A stretch of DNA of 64,000 nt, taken from assembly GCF_009914755.1 (NCBI RefSeq), contig NC_060931.1; one strand, 5' to 3'. The number at the start of each line of letters is the position of its first letter. The first letter of the stretch is position 1. Source of the stretch: the human T2T-CHM13v2.0 reference genome, Homo sapiens. The translations under genes and the position numbers were made by a program. Shown here piece by piece: positions 1 through 13,105 of this stretch. The notes under the pieces are model-generated. The model had not been told where the DNA came from and searched no databases. It saw nothing but the letters and a program-made list of their open reading frames with translations.

Positions 1-865
1 AACCACTCACCTGTACTCCCTCACTATAATTATGTTATTTCATGAGTGTTATATAAATGTAATCATACACTTTGTATCCTTTTGAGATGGGCTTTTTTCA
101 CTCATAATTTTCTTGACTTTTCTTTCAAATTGCTGCATGTTGTCAGTAGTTTGTTCCTTTTTATTGTTGAATTGTTTTACATGGTATGTATGTACCACAG
201 TGTACTTAATCAAACTCATGCATTGAAAGACATTGAACAGTTTCCATGTTTTGGATATTATGAATAAAGCTCCTGTGAAGGTTCATGTGTGAGTTTCTGT
301 GTAAAAAATAAGTTTTGATTTTGCTGGGAGATATACTAAAGAGTATAATTTCTGATTTGCATGGTAAGTCTGTTTTTAGTTTTGAAAGGAAATTGCCAAA
401 CTGTTTTTCAGCCTGGCTTTACTATTTTACGTTTCCACCAGCAACGTATGAGTAATACAGTTTTTCCACATCTTGCTAGTATTTGGTGTTATCACTACTT
501 TTTATTTTAGTTATCCTATAGGTGTGTAGCGATATGTCATTGTAGTTTTAATTTGTATTTCTCTAATGGCTAATGATGTTGACTATCTTTTCATGTGCTT
601 ATTTGCCATATGTATATCCTCTTTGATGAATTTTTTCTGCATACTTTTTGCCCATTTTCTAATTGGATTGTTTCTTTACTGAATTTTGATAGTTTTTTAC
701 ATATGGTAGATATTAATCCTTTGTTGGATACGTGGTTTGCAAATATCATCTCCCAGTCTGTATCTCTTAGCAGGATCTTTTGTGGAGACAAAGATTTTAA
801 CTTTGTTGAAGTCCAGTTTATCCATTTTTCATGTTATGGAACATCGGTTTTCTTTTCACCAAAAT
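1..865 (-). mobile_element. Old LINE-1 (L1M) fragment, ORF2 C-terminus and 3' region
   Basis: Minus-strand ORF 591..791 (DWEMIFANHVSNKGLISTICKKL) resembles L1 ORF2p C-terminal WEKIFANxxSDKGLISRIYKEL. Typical antisense L1 motifs are present (TTTCCACCAGCAA, TTTAATTTGTATTTCTCTAATG). Boundaries approximate. Confidence 0.8.
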
Positions 866-924
866 GATTATAGAGCTTGAAAGGACTTTACAAAGATTCT
901 ACAGAACAGTGTTTTGTAAATTTT

Positions 925-1295
925 TGTTATTATTTTAAGCTTTTATTTTGAAATAATTATAGATTCACAAGAAGTTACAAGGCTAGAACAGGGTTCCCCT
1001 GGTCGACCTGGTTTCCCCCAATGGTTACTTCTTTTATAACTTTAGTACAATATCGTAACCAGAAAATTGATATTGGTATGATGTGTGTGTAAAATTCTGT
1101 GTCAATTTATCACACGTGTAGATTTATGTAACCACCTTATTCGAGGTACAGTACTATTTCATCACCACAAAGCTCTTCATGTTGCTACCCCTTTATTGCC
1201 ACACCCACCTCCTTAAATGCCCCCACACCCCCAATCCATAACCACTGGCTACCACTAATTTGTTCTCTGTCTCTACCATTTTGTCATCTCAAGAA
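925..1295 (-). mobile_element. L1MC/MD-type 3' UTR fragment (continues about 1846-2275)
   Basis: TTTTATTTTGAAATAATTATAGATTCACAAGAAGTT...CCACTAATTTGTTCTCTGTCTCTA is an antisense L1M 3'-end pattern. Confidence 0.6.
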
Positions 1296-1300
1296 TGTGC

Positions 1301-1373
1301 CGTATACCCAGACTTCACCACTGTACAATATATGCACGTAAGAAATCTCCACTTGCGCTCCCTAAACATATAA
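1301..1373 (+). mobile_element. Short L1PB-like 3' terminal fragment
   Basis: CCCAGACTTCACCACTGTACAATATATGCACGTAAGAAATCTCCACTTG...CCCTAAACATATAA resembles the L1PB 3' terminus. Confidence 0.5.
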
Positions 1374-1467
1374 CAGTAATTTTCTTTAAAGGAATGCACT
1401 AGAATTGGTATTATATAGTATATGAAGTTTTTTACATTTAAAAATTATAAAATAGTGGTGCATTTTT

Positions 1468-2275
<808 letters not shown>

Positions 2276-2284
2276 TTAAAAAAA

Positions 2285-4200
2285 CAAACAGCTTTATTGA
2301 AATACAATTTATGCAGCGTAAAATTCACCCTTTGAAGCGTACAATTCAGTGGCTTTTAGTACATTCACAGAGTCGTGCAAGCATTACTGCTATTTAATAT
2401 TAGAAGTTTCATCACTTCCAAAAAACTAAAAATGACCTTTACCCATTAGCAGTCATCTTCCATCCCTTACGCCCCTCCCAGCCCAGGGCGACCACTAATC
2501 TTTCTGTTCCTATGGATATTTCTAGTCTGAATATTTTCTATAAACGGAATTATACAATACAGCCTTTTTGTCTGGCTTCTTTCACTTAGCATGATATTTT
2601 CAAGGTTCATCCATAGCCTGTATCAGTACTTCATTCCTCTTTAAATCTGAATAACACTCTATTGTGGGTTTATACCACGTTTTATTTGTCAGTTCATCTG
2701 ATGATGGATACTTGGGTTGTTTCCACTTTTGGTAATTATGAATAATGCCAAAAACATTTGTGTACAAGTTTTAAGAACATGTGTGCACAAATTTTTGTGT
2801 GGATATGTTTTCATGACTCTTTGGTATATACCTAGGAGTGGAATTGATGGGTCATATGGCACCTCTATGGTTAGCATTTTGAGGGACTTTTAAACTCTTC
2901 CAAAGTCCTGTATCATTTCTACATTTCTCCCAGCGATGCATGAAGGTTTCAGTTTCTCTGCACCCTTGCCGACATTTGTTGTTGTCTGTTTTTAAAAAAT
3001 TATAGCTGTCCTAGTGGGTGTGAAGTGATATCTCATTGTGGTTTTATTTGACTACCCTAATGACTAATGATGTTGAACAGTTTTTCGTGTGCTTTTTGCT
3101 CATTTGCTCATTTGTCTATCTTCTTGGAGAAATGTCAATTTACATCTTTGACACATTTAAAAATTGGGTTATGTGTCTTTCTATTGTTGATTTATAAGTG
3201 TTATTTATATATTCGGAATACAAGTTCCTTATCAGACATATTATTTGCAAATATCATCTCCCATTCTATCAGCTCTTTTTTCGTTGTATTGATAGTGTAC
3301 TTGGAAGCACTAAAGTTTTTAATTTTCATAAACTCAGATTTACTGATTTTTTCTTCTTTTGCCAGTGCTTTTGGTACTGTCTAAGAAACCATTGCTTAAT
3401 CCTACGTCATAAAGATTTATTCCTATGTTTTCTTATAAGGGTTTCAAAAGTTTTGCTGTTACATTTTGAGTTAATTTTTAATGTATGGTGTGATGTAGGG
3501 GCCCAATTTCATTTTTTTTTAAATGTGGATATCTAGTTGTTCCAGCACCATTTGTTGCAAAGACTATTCTTTCCTCATTGAATTTTCTTGGCAATCTTGT
3601 AAAAAATCAATTGATCATAGATACAGTGAGTTTGGTTTTGGTTCTCAATTCTGTTTAATTAGCTATATCTCTATCCTAATGCTAGTACCACACTGTCTTG
3701 ATTACTATAGCCTTGTAGTAAGTTTTGAAATCAGGAATTACAGATATTCCAATTTTGTTCATTTTTTTCTAAGATTATTTTGGTTATTCTGGGTCCCTTG
3801 CAGTTCCATGTGAATATTAGGATCAACTTGTCAGTGTTTGCAAAACAATAAAGCAACTGGGATTTTGATAAAATTGTCTTAAATCTTTAGATCAATTAAC
3901 AATATAAAGTCTTCCAATTCATAAATATTGGCCAGCTTTCCATTTATTTCAGCATTTTGTCATTTTTTTCAATGACGTTTCATAGTTTTTGTGTACAGAT
4001 CTTGCATTTCTTTTGTTAAACTTAAATATGTTACTGGTTTTGATGTTATTGTACATGAGATTTTTTAAAAATTTAGTTTTTAATGTTGCATTGCTAGTGT
4101 ATAGAAATACAAATGATTTATGAATATAGGTCTTGTACCCTGAACTTGTTTGATAGTTTTTGAATAGATTCCTCAGGATTTTCTATACAAGATTATGTCA
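2285..4200 (-). mobile_element. L1MB-type element, 3' UTR and degenerate ORF2
   Basis: Starts ACAGCTTTATTGAAATACAATTT...TACAATTCAGTGGCTTTTAGTACATTCACAGAG (L1MB 3' end). Minus ORF 2689..2877 (EVPYDPSIPLLGIY) is the ORF2p C-terminal motif. Confidence 0.85.
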
Positions 4201-5270
4201 GGGAAGGCCTCACTGATAAGGTGGCATCTGAACAGAACATTTTAAGTGGGGGCAAGAAGGGAGTGACAGCAGAAACCTTGAGATGGGGCATGTTTGGTGG
4301 GTCTTCAGGGCACAGTGAGGAGGCTGGTGTGGGTAGTGGTGAAGGCTTTGGATTTTATCATGGGGGAGATGGGAAGCTGTGAGGTGGTTGAGAGCAGAGT
4401 AGGGGTATGGAATAATCCTCTTAGCCTTGGCCCTACCTCTTTTTCCAGCCACAATTGCTGCAACCATTTCCACCTTGAATTTCACAAGTGCTTCACTGCA
4501 GGCTTGTGCCACTGGCCTAGTCTCTTGTCCTGGAAGCTCCTCTGAACTTGTATGTAGTAAGAGACATCTCCTTAGACTCACACAGGTACAACAGGCTCTT
4601 GAAGCAATCCTTGATCACTGGGGTATAGAAGCTAATGCTCCCCTTCTCTTCCCTCAGGTGCATGTCTCTGAGACATACTAATAATGTTCATCAAGAGGTC
4701 CCTTGGGGACAAAGCATCACTTGCTTAAGTTACACTTTCTTGTATTGGCCCCACCTCTTTCCTGTTTCAGTGCCTGCCCCTCATTCCTGCTCCCTGCAAC
4801 CACAATGTCAAATAAAATGTGCATACAGAAGCCTTTGTCTCATGGGTCCTAGGCAGGCATGAGGACTTTGCCCTCAGGGACCCTAGGCAGACATGCACTG
4901 GCTTTAGGAGAATCTCTGTGGCTGCTGGACAGATAATAGACTGGGGATGGGGGCAAAGAGCGAGAAGGAAGCAGAAAGAACAGTTAGCCCTGATTCAGTT
5001 CACCAGGGAGAGCTGATAGCCACTCAGCCTAGAGAAGGCTGTGAGACTGCAGGATATGGTTGGATTGGAGGCATTTTGGAGGTACAGCCAACAGAATTTG
5101 CTAATGGATTGGATGTAAAATGTAAGAGCCGAGTCAAGGGTGACTCCCAAGTGACTGTCTAAGCCACAAGGGAATGGAATTGCTATTGACATTGGTAGGA
5201 GCTGGATTGGGGAACTTGGTTCCAGACAATTAAGTTTGAGAATCCCATTAGGCATTCAAATGGACATTCC
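4200..5270 (-). mobile_element. L2 fragment interrupted by an LTR
   Basis: GGGAAGGCCTCACTGATAAGGTGGCATCTGAACAG and ATTTGCTAATGGATTGGATG...GAGTCAAGGGTGACTCCCAAG are antisense L2 motifs. The minus ORF has LGVTLDSALTF (L2 RT-like). Confidence 0.6.
4405..4893 (+). mobile_element. ERVL-class LTR (LTR41/LTR50-like)
   Basis: 3' part CTTGTATTGGC...AAATAAAATGTGCATACAGAAGCCTTTGTCTCA resembles ERVL LTR ends. It splits the L2. Confidence 0.45.
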
Positions 5271-7744
5271 TTATGTTACAAATACAGAATCAGAAACCAA
5301 AAAGGGTGAAAAATCACCTATTCAAGATGATATCAGTAAGAAACAAAAATAAAAGCAAGAAGTAAGAAAAGGCAAAACAAAAACCCATATTTATGTATCT
5401 ACATTAGCATATATCAATATATATTCTTAATGTCTCACTTCCTCTTTTACCTGACCTCAGTGTGTTCCCAGAAATTTTTCTGGGAGAAAAGTCTTCTAGA
5501 GCAAGCTGTGCTCTGGGTGTGAAGTGGCCTTAGGACCAGGATGGCAGGGGAAAAGCAGGGCTGAAAAGTTCAAACGGGTGGTGATCTCAGCTGTCATTTC
5601 ATGTCCTTCTGAACATTCTTTGTTGATATTACTTACTCTTCAAAACAGCTGAGAGGTGGTGGTTCAGAATCCTCATTTCTACTTGAGGGTAAAGAAGGGA
5701 GGCTCAGAAAGGCTGAGTGATGTGATTGAAGCTGTGTAATTAATAAAGTTGATACCTAAGTAAGACTTTATACCCTGGTCTCCCCAGTTCTGGTCATGCC
5801 ACAGCCCCTCCCACTTGCATGAATGTTCTGGGGAGCCATAGCTACTTCCAGGGGGAGCTCTTCCCAGCCTGGCCCAGGAACTTTGGATCCTGTCACTCTT
5901 GCTCCTCTGCATGCTCTCTGAGAAGGGCACGTGAGAGCCATTACAGAGCCCCAGGACTCGGAGCTGTGTTCCTGAGAGAGGCACTGTCCACATACATTTC
6001 TCAACTGGGATCCTTGTCTAATGTCTAATGTCTTGACAAAAACTTGCAACTGATATGGCAAAAGATTCCTTCATTGCTATGACATTAACTGAACAAGTGA
6101 GTTGTTCACTGGCCCAAGGCTAAGTTTAGCTGTCAGGTGCATGAAAGCTGTGAAGAGAAGATAATGCATTTTCCTCTCCAGGGAGAAGAGAAAACATGTT
6201 CTCCTCTTTCATCTGTATCAAAGTTATCAACCTAACTGTTCTCTGAGCTTAGAAAACTGAACTTAAACATCAATAAACATTTATTCTCTTTTATATTTTT
6301 GATAAAATGATGTATTTTTGTTTTTTTCTTTAAAGTGTTAGGAGTCTTTGTTCTGTACCTTGCATATTTGAATTTTCTGCCCCATGTGCATTACAAAATG
6401 TTCATATTATATGAATGAAAAGTTACAATCATACTTAGGTTTAATTCTAACAGTAATGTACACATAGTGTTGGCAAATGGTCAACAGCAGGTGTAAGGAT
6501 GAATTGTTTTATTAGCCAATAAGAACTGAGGCACTGGGACCATCCTGGAAAATATTTGAGAATGAGAGTTGGCTTCACAGGTCTGGTAAAATCTCAAGGA
6601 CAGGCAATAGAGGAAACCATATGAAATAAAAAAATGGAGGAGAAAAGTTATTTTAAACATTTTCCTATTCAAAGCATTAGGAACTAATTAGCACCTGATA
6701 CCTCCACCCAACAAGGGGATAAATGCCAGGCTTTTTTCAATTTATCTTTTTATGTTCAGTGAAGATGTATAAGTTGGCACAGAATGCCTTGAGGGTTTCA
6801 TAAACAGCAAAACAGCTCATCACCAAGCGGAGCTATGTGACTAGGTTCCAACACCAGTATGTTTCTGTGATGTAGGGGTTGGCTTTTTGCCTCGTTAGTA
6901 AAATAAGATAATCAGTAGTTATTGCTGACAGAACTCATGGAGAGGTAGAAAGACCATGGATACTTTTGTAAATGTCTTAGAACAATACAAGTTCTGGTAT
7001 GAATATCAACATTGTCCATTGCCAAGAGTGAGGTGAAAGCCATGCTAGTCTGGTAAGCAGTACTTGGTCGGGGCTTGCATTGGTCAACCAGACCATTTCC
7101 TTCTTTCTCATCCACGTCCCTCATCGTCCATGTAATCCTTTTATTTAGAGGTCTTGCTGAGCATTTTCTCGTAACAGGTTAGATACATATTATAACTAGG
7201 TATTGCTAACTTTGATCAATGTTTATAGTTTTCTGTTTTGCAGTCCGTCACCCTTCCCACTTCAGCACCATGTCATAAAAAGGGAGAAGTATTGCTTACA
7301 TGGAGGACTTAACATGTGTTGACTTAGCACCTCTGTGGCTGATCTTCCTCTGCCTACTCTTTATACGTTGGTTCTAAGACTCCATCATTGACTGACTTCT
7401 CTTCTTACATTACTCTCTTGTAAAAGTCTTGATGACTTCCAAATTTGCAACCACTGAACACACACTTATTAAAAATCTAAGAGGCTAGATGCTGAGATCT
7501 CAAAGGTGAGTAAGACAGCATCTCTCTAGCTGCCAGTGTGCCCACTAGACATCATCCCTCCTTGGGTGTTCAGTGGGTGTACCAGAGTCAGCTTGTCCAA
7601 AACAAGCTCATCATCCTCTGAAAGTCTTTCCCTCTACTACCCACCAGTTAACCATCTAGAAGAAATCCTTCATTTCTCCCCCTAAAGCCCCATAACCAAT
7701 TTGATTTTTTTTTTCTAAAAATCTCTTGGAAGCACACAGCAATG

Positions 7745-7925
7745 ATTATGACTTTAGAGTAAGAATTGCCTGAGTTTGAATCTTGGCTCTACAAGTTTAC
7801 TATCCATGTGATTCTGTGTCAGTTTCCTTATCTGAAGATGGGAATAATAATGGTGCCTGCCACAAAGTGACTATTGTGAAGTTTAGAGGACTTAACCCAT
7901 ATAGAGTCTTAGAACAGTGCCCATT
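7745..7925 (+). mobile_element. MIR SINE
   Basis: CCTGAGTTTGAATCTTGGCTCT...TCAGTTTCCTTATCTGAAGATGGGAATAATAAT...TTAGAACAGTGCC is the MIR core. Confidence 0.75.
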
Positions 7926-7939
7926 ACACAGAAAACAAT

Positions 7940-8150
7940 CACAATTATAAACATGATTATACTTACATATTTTTTGTAAGTTATAATAATTTTGCAATAA
8001 TGCATACAATTATAAATTTATGTGTTTATAATATATAGATATATTATAAATTTATAATATACATTGGGTATATATATGGAATCTTGACATTCATACCATA
8101 ATTTTGTTTATAATATATGGAATTGTAAACACTATCATAACAATTATTTT
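7940..8150. repeat. AT-rich low-complexity tract
   Basis: Degenerate TATAAT/ATATAT runs. Confidence 0.6.
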
Positions 8151-8154
8151 TATG

Positions 8155-8880
8155 CATCCTCCCTTGTCACCACCACTGCTTTAGTTTGGGCCATCCTCAT
8201 CTCTCACCTGGATTATTGCAGTCGCCTCCTAAATGTCTTCCCTATCACCAGGCTTCCTGCTTCCTATCCATTTCTCATACTACCATCAGAATTATTCTTT
8301 TTAATCAAAATTTAACCATTTTACTTCTCTTCTTACATTTTTAGGAGATTCGGAATAAAGCCTAAAGTTTTTATTGTGATCTAAGAGACTCTTAGGCCCT
8401 GCCTTTTACTCATTTTTCCATTTTCACTTTCTGCTTCCAGTGCTCAGCTGTAACTGTTTCACACCTTCCCCGCTCTCCTCCCTTACCCCCAGCCCACCTG
8501 GTAACCTTCAACTCCTTCTTCCAGACTCTTCTCGGGTGCTGCATTTTCTGAGGTCTTTCTATGACCCTCTGGGTTGGCGTTAGAAATGTTTCTGTCATGT
8601 CTGTGCTTGGGGCTCACCTCTGTCAGAGGCCTCATCATATAATATGGAGAGTTTGTCCCAGAATCTATTTTAATGGTAAGTGGGAATATGTTTAATACTG
8701 TGTCCTGTCAATCATATTGCCCTTGACTTTAATTTAAAAGCCGAAGTTATTTTTTTTTAATTGGGGATTTGTCATAGGTCTGTTTCTCCATGAGATTTTA
8801 ATGCCTCAAGAGGACAGACCACTGTCCTTGTGTCCCTAGCATCTAATGCAATGACTGGCATGTAGTGGGCACTCAATACC
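8155..8880 (+). mobile_element. L2 3' fragment
   Basis: CATCTCTCACCTGGATTATTGCAGTCGCCTCCTAA and terminal CCTAGCA...GACTGGCATGTAGTGGGCACTCAATA. Confidence 0.6.
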
Positions 8881-9139
8881 AGCTCGCCAAATGGCCCGTC
8901 ACCCAGTATGCCATTGGAAGACCACAGTGTGGGGGTCATGGTTCCTTAGATTGTACCACGGTAACCATATTGCCTACTTTGTCCCTTTCACAAATAACCT
9001 GCCTGTCTTTTCAGATCCGCAGGGGCAGAAAGTGGCCAGGAGAGCTCCAGAAGAGCCAGGGAGTTTGGGACATATGTAGTAGATAGTCTTAACAATAATG
9101 AAGGCACAGATTCCCCTACCCAAGTTCCAGGCATGGAGC

Positions 9140-9310
9140 TTTATGTACATTCTCATGTATGCTGGCAGTAACCCTATGATGTGAGCGCTATTGTTATGTC
9201 CATTTTATATTTGAGGGAACAGAGGACTAAAATCACACTTTTCCTGGTTGGCAGAGTTGGAGTTTGGATGCAGGGCTTGCTTGCAGAAAAGCTTATGCTC
9301 TTGATCCAAA
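9140..9310 (-). mobile_element. MIR SINE
   Basis: AACCCTATGA...TATTGTTATGTCCATTTTATATTTGAGGGAAC...GGCAGAGTTGG antisense MIR pattern. Confidence 0.55.
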
Positions 9311-9959
9311 CTCCGTGCAAGACCCGCCCGCTCCCCCCTGCCCCCACGCCGTCTGTCCTCCATGGGCACCTTCAGCCTGTCTAAGAGAGGGCTGTGTAGG
9401 AGGCTTAGAGAGGCCCCCACAGGGGTGTCTGGGGCCCAGCAGAGTGCCAGTTGAGAATGTGGTGCATGTTGGAAATGCCATGCAACTTAGTAAACAGTGC
9501 TTCTGTCTTGTTAAGTGACCTGTGCAAAGACCATGTATGCACGCATTGCTAAAGCTGTGGAATGGTGGAGGCAAGGTCGGGAGGTTGAGACTGGCTAAAA
9601 TGTGGATGGAAGTGAGCAGGGTAGACCGGGCCCAAATGAGCTGTGGAGGGTCTGACCAGCTGCCCTCTCTGCTGCCCTCTCTGCCCCTGCCTCTTTTCTT
9701 CCTCCATTCAAGCAGGGGCCTGGCCCTGTGCTCATTAACTCAGTAGGGGCATGTGGCAAGGCAGAAAGCAGAAATCCTGGCTTTTGTTTTCAAAGACTAA
9801 GCCATGAACTGGGGAGAGGTTCAGGGCATGGATCATGTATCTTGGTCGGAAACATGGAGGGAGAAGGATTTCTTCCCTCCAGAAGACAATCCTACCTGCC
9901 TGGAGCGGATGAGAGCAGAGGGGTCTGAATCCTTTAGGAGGAAGGCCCTGTGCCTGTCT

Positions 9960-10300
9960 TCCTGGCAATGTGCTGAGAAAGGAATGCCTGTATGGTTGAT
10001 CAGGTAGACCTAGCAAAAGATTCCAGGTCTCAGGAGCAGCCCAGCCTGACCTTACCTGCACAGGGACACAGTCACTACCGGAACTATGACACCAAAGTGG
10101 GTAGAAAAGGAGGAAGAGATACCCCAATTTCTCTTTCCACCCTCCATCTCTTGCTAATAGGTCCCACTGAACAAACTCAACTAGAAGCCAGGCTGCAGGG
10201 AGGATACTGGGTGAAATAGTACATAGAACCCAGCCTCTCCAAACTTGGAACAGAGGAGAGAATGGATTTGTAGGTAGGAGCAAATGGAGAATAGTTATAA
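9960..10300 (-). mobile_element. LTR33-like ERVL LTR fragment
   Basis: Reverse complement reads TTCTCCATTTGCTCC...GCCTGGCTTCTAGTTGAGTTTG...AGAGATGGAGGGTGG...GGGGTATCT, resembling the LTR33 5' half. Confidence 0.55.
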
Positions 10301-11189
10301 CTCCAGATCTCCTCCTGCATCAAAGGGAAGCAGACATTGAGCCCTCCCTTTTAGGAGCAGAGATTTTCTAGCCTTCCTTCCTGGCATGGGGATTCTTTTC
10401 CACTCACCAATGGATGCATCCTTTGTTAATGGCCAAGGTTTTAAAATCCGTACATTTAAATTTCATTTCTTTGGCTACTCTAAACTTTCTTTGGAGGCCA
10501 AAGGCTATTAGTATCCTTCTCAGTTTTTTTTTTTCTTCATCTCACATGTGTAGTCAAAGAAGAATTACTTAGAGATTCCTTGGTGGTATCTAGATTAAGA
10601 TTTGAACTTCCCTATTTGATAGAAACTTAAGAATTGTATGGGACAGAGCCTCCTGGGCTCTGGTCTCTCCTTCTTATGGAATTTTGCTTCCAATTCCTGA
10701 ACTTCATACTGGTGTGAGTTGTAAAAAGCACAGAAGCTGGAGGGAAAATGGTATTGAGGGAAATGTTCTTATTTTTAAAATTTATTTTTGAAAAAATACC
10801 TGTTTTTATTGAAAAGATAATGCATGTAATTTACACAAATAGCATCATACTTACATATTGTTCAAGAACTTGATTTTTAAAATTTAATGTTTTTTTGAGA
10901 TTTATTCTTATTGATTGATAAATGCAGATCAATTTATTCATTTTAACTGCTATAGAGTATTCTAGGGAATGAATTAAACAGTCTATATTAACATGACCTT
11001 TGTAATAGATAAATTAAGTTTTGTTAGCTTTTCACAACAATAAGCAATGCTGCAGTGAACCTCCTTATACCTGGCTCCCTGGGTAGGTATGGGAAGTTCA
11101 GTGGATGATGGGTTAGAATGGGCAGCTAGGAACATTTTACAGTATAGTGGGCAGCTAGAAATGTAAACTTCTGTTTGCAAACTTGGTAA

Positions 11190-11550
11190 CACTGTTAAAC
11201 ACCTGCTATGTATGGGGCACTATCCTAGGAAGAGGGAAAAACTGAGGTTAGTAAAGGAAACATAGGCCTTGCCCTTAATGAGTGGACACTGTTGAAGGGA
11301 ATACTAACACAAAATCAATGGGATCCAGCATAAGTTTTGATCCTATCTACTATAAGTATGACTGTGGGAACAAGGAGGAAAATGTGACTAACTGCTGGGG
11401 AAAATCTGGGAAAACCCCAGAAGAAGTAACCACCAGGCCTCGGACATGGAAGCTTATGGTAAGGAGGTAGGTATAGCAGAGGTTCTGCAGGCAGCGACAA
11501 CATCATGGGTAATCATGGGTACATGAAAATGCAAGACATGTCCAGGGAGG
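11190..11550 (-). mobile_element. L2 3' fragment
   Basis: AAACACCTGCTATGTATGGGGCACTATCCTAGG...CCTTGCCCTTAATGAG antisense L2 3' pattern. Confidence 0.5.
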
Positions 11551-11713
11551 TAAATCCAGGGAATATAAATCAAATAAAAAGAATCTTAGGAATGCTGTGA
11601 TTTTGTAGCCAATCAGTCTTTCCTGTGGTCTAGGAACCACAGGAACCAACTAAACCACAGCCACCGACTAAAACTCACTATCAAAGCTGTGTCAGTTCAT
11701 TCTTAGACCCATC

Positions 11714-12133
11714 TTTTCGGTGAAAGTGGCGAAGTGGCTCCCAAATGCTGAAGGAGCTGAGAAACAAAGGATGAGGCAGAGAAATCCAGTTTGTCACTAA
11801 AGGGTCATTTATTTGGGGAACTTATGGATAGAAGTTCATGAGCAGCAAGACAAGTAGACCCTGGTGCTGTTACTACCCAGATCCAGGGCTTATATGCTGC
11901 AGGGAATGGGGGATGTGCTCTCCTAGGGACAATTAAAGGTGACCCTTCAGAATTCAGGCAAGAATGCTGTGTGCATCATAGACTATGATTCGTGCCATAA
12001 CATCAAGGTTGACATGTTCTTATACTAAGGACAGTAAATAAAGTAGGAATCAGGAGGCATGCATGGGACTGCGGCTAATGAGAAGCCAACATAATGAATC
12101 AGCATCCAAGATGGAGTCACTTTTGTCTCCATA
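11714..12133 (-). mobile_element. LTR47-like solo LTR (ERVL)
   Basis: Reverse complement starts TATGGAGACAAAAGTGACTCCATCTTGGATGCTG (LTR47 start). Degenerate 5-bp TSD CCATC/TCATT. Confidence 0.65.
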
Positions 12134-12578
12134 TCATTATACCATGCCGTCGTTTTAAAAAATTTCTTATTGAGGTCTAATTTGTTGCCTTCTGTGGTTT
12201 ATGTATATCCATTAGGTTTGTATTATAAGATGGGTTAAAAACAGCAACAATAAGTGCTTAAATAATAAAGAATAAGATTTCTGCCCTTTCCATTTGCCTC
12301 GAATTGTACCCTTTTTTGTGCAGTTATTGTCACAGTGTGTTATGTACTAGTAATAAGTGTAATTAATTGCTTTTATTACACCTATCAAATGAGGCTCTTA
12401 AGGCTCATTACCATGCAGCCTTCCTTACATTATTCTTGCCTTTCCTGGTGCTCAGGTGAATTTGTGAGTAGTTCTCTTCATTCACATGGAGTTAAAATTA
12501 ACTGCCAAAGATCAAAAGCTGATTGATTCAGAATTGATTTATCAATAAATGCATTTTTAAGACTGGAGATAGACTTAG

Positions 12579-13105
12579 GTTTTCCAACTTGGTTCCATTC
12601 TCCCCGTCACTTTCAGGTACACCAATCAAATGTAGATTTGGTCTTTTCACATAGCCCCATATTTCTTGGAGGCTTTGTTCGTTTCTTTTCACTCTTTTTT
12701 CTCTAATCTTGTCTTCTCACTTTATTTCATTGAGTTGATCTTCAGTCTCCAATATCCTTTCTTCTGCTTGATCGATTTGGCTATTGATACTTGTTTATGC
12801 TTCACGAAGTTCTTGTGCTGTGTTTTTCAGCTCCGTGAGGTCATTTATGTTCTTCTCTAAACTGGTTATTCTAGTAAGCAATTCGTCTAACCGTTATTAG
12901 CTTCCTTGCATTGGGTTAGAACATGCTCCTTTAGCTTGGAGGAGTTTGTTATTACCCACCTTCTGAAGCCTACTTCTGTCCGTTCATCAAACTCATTCTC
13001 TATCCAGTTTTGTTCCCTTGCTGGCAAGGAGTTGTGATCCTTTGGAGAAGAAGAGGCATTTTGTTTTTTGGAGTTTTCAGCCTTTGTGTGCTGTTTTCTC
13101 CCCAT
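12579..13105 (-). pseudogene. Disrupted L1 ORF1p coding remnant
   Basis: MGRKQHTKAENSKKQNASSSPKDHNSLPAREQNWIENEFDERTEVGFRRWVITNSSKLKEHVLTQCKEA, then an indel and a stop at 12887. Confidence 0.9.

Noticed and set aside
9735-10283. Longest ORF (182 aa, minus strand)
   Set aside because: Lies largely within an LTR33-like element and has no recognisable domain.
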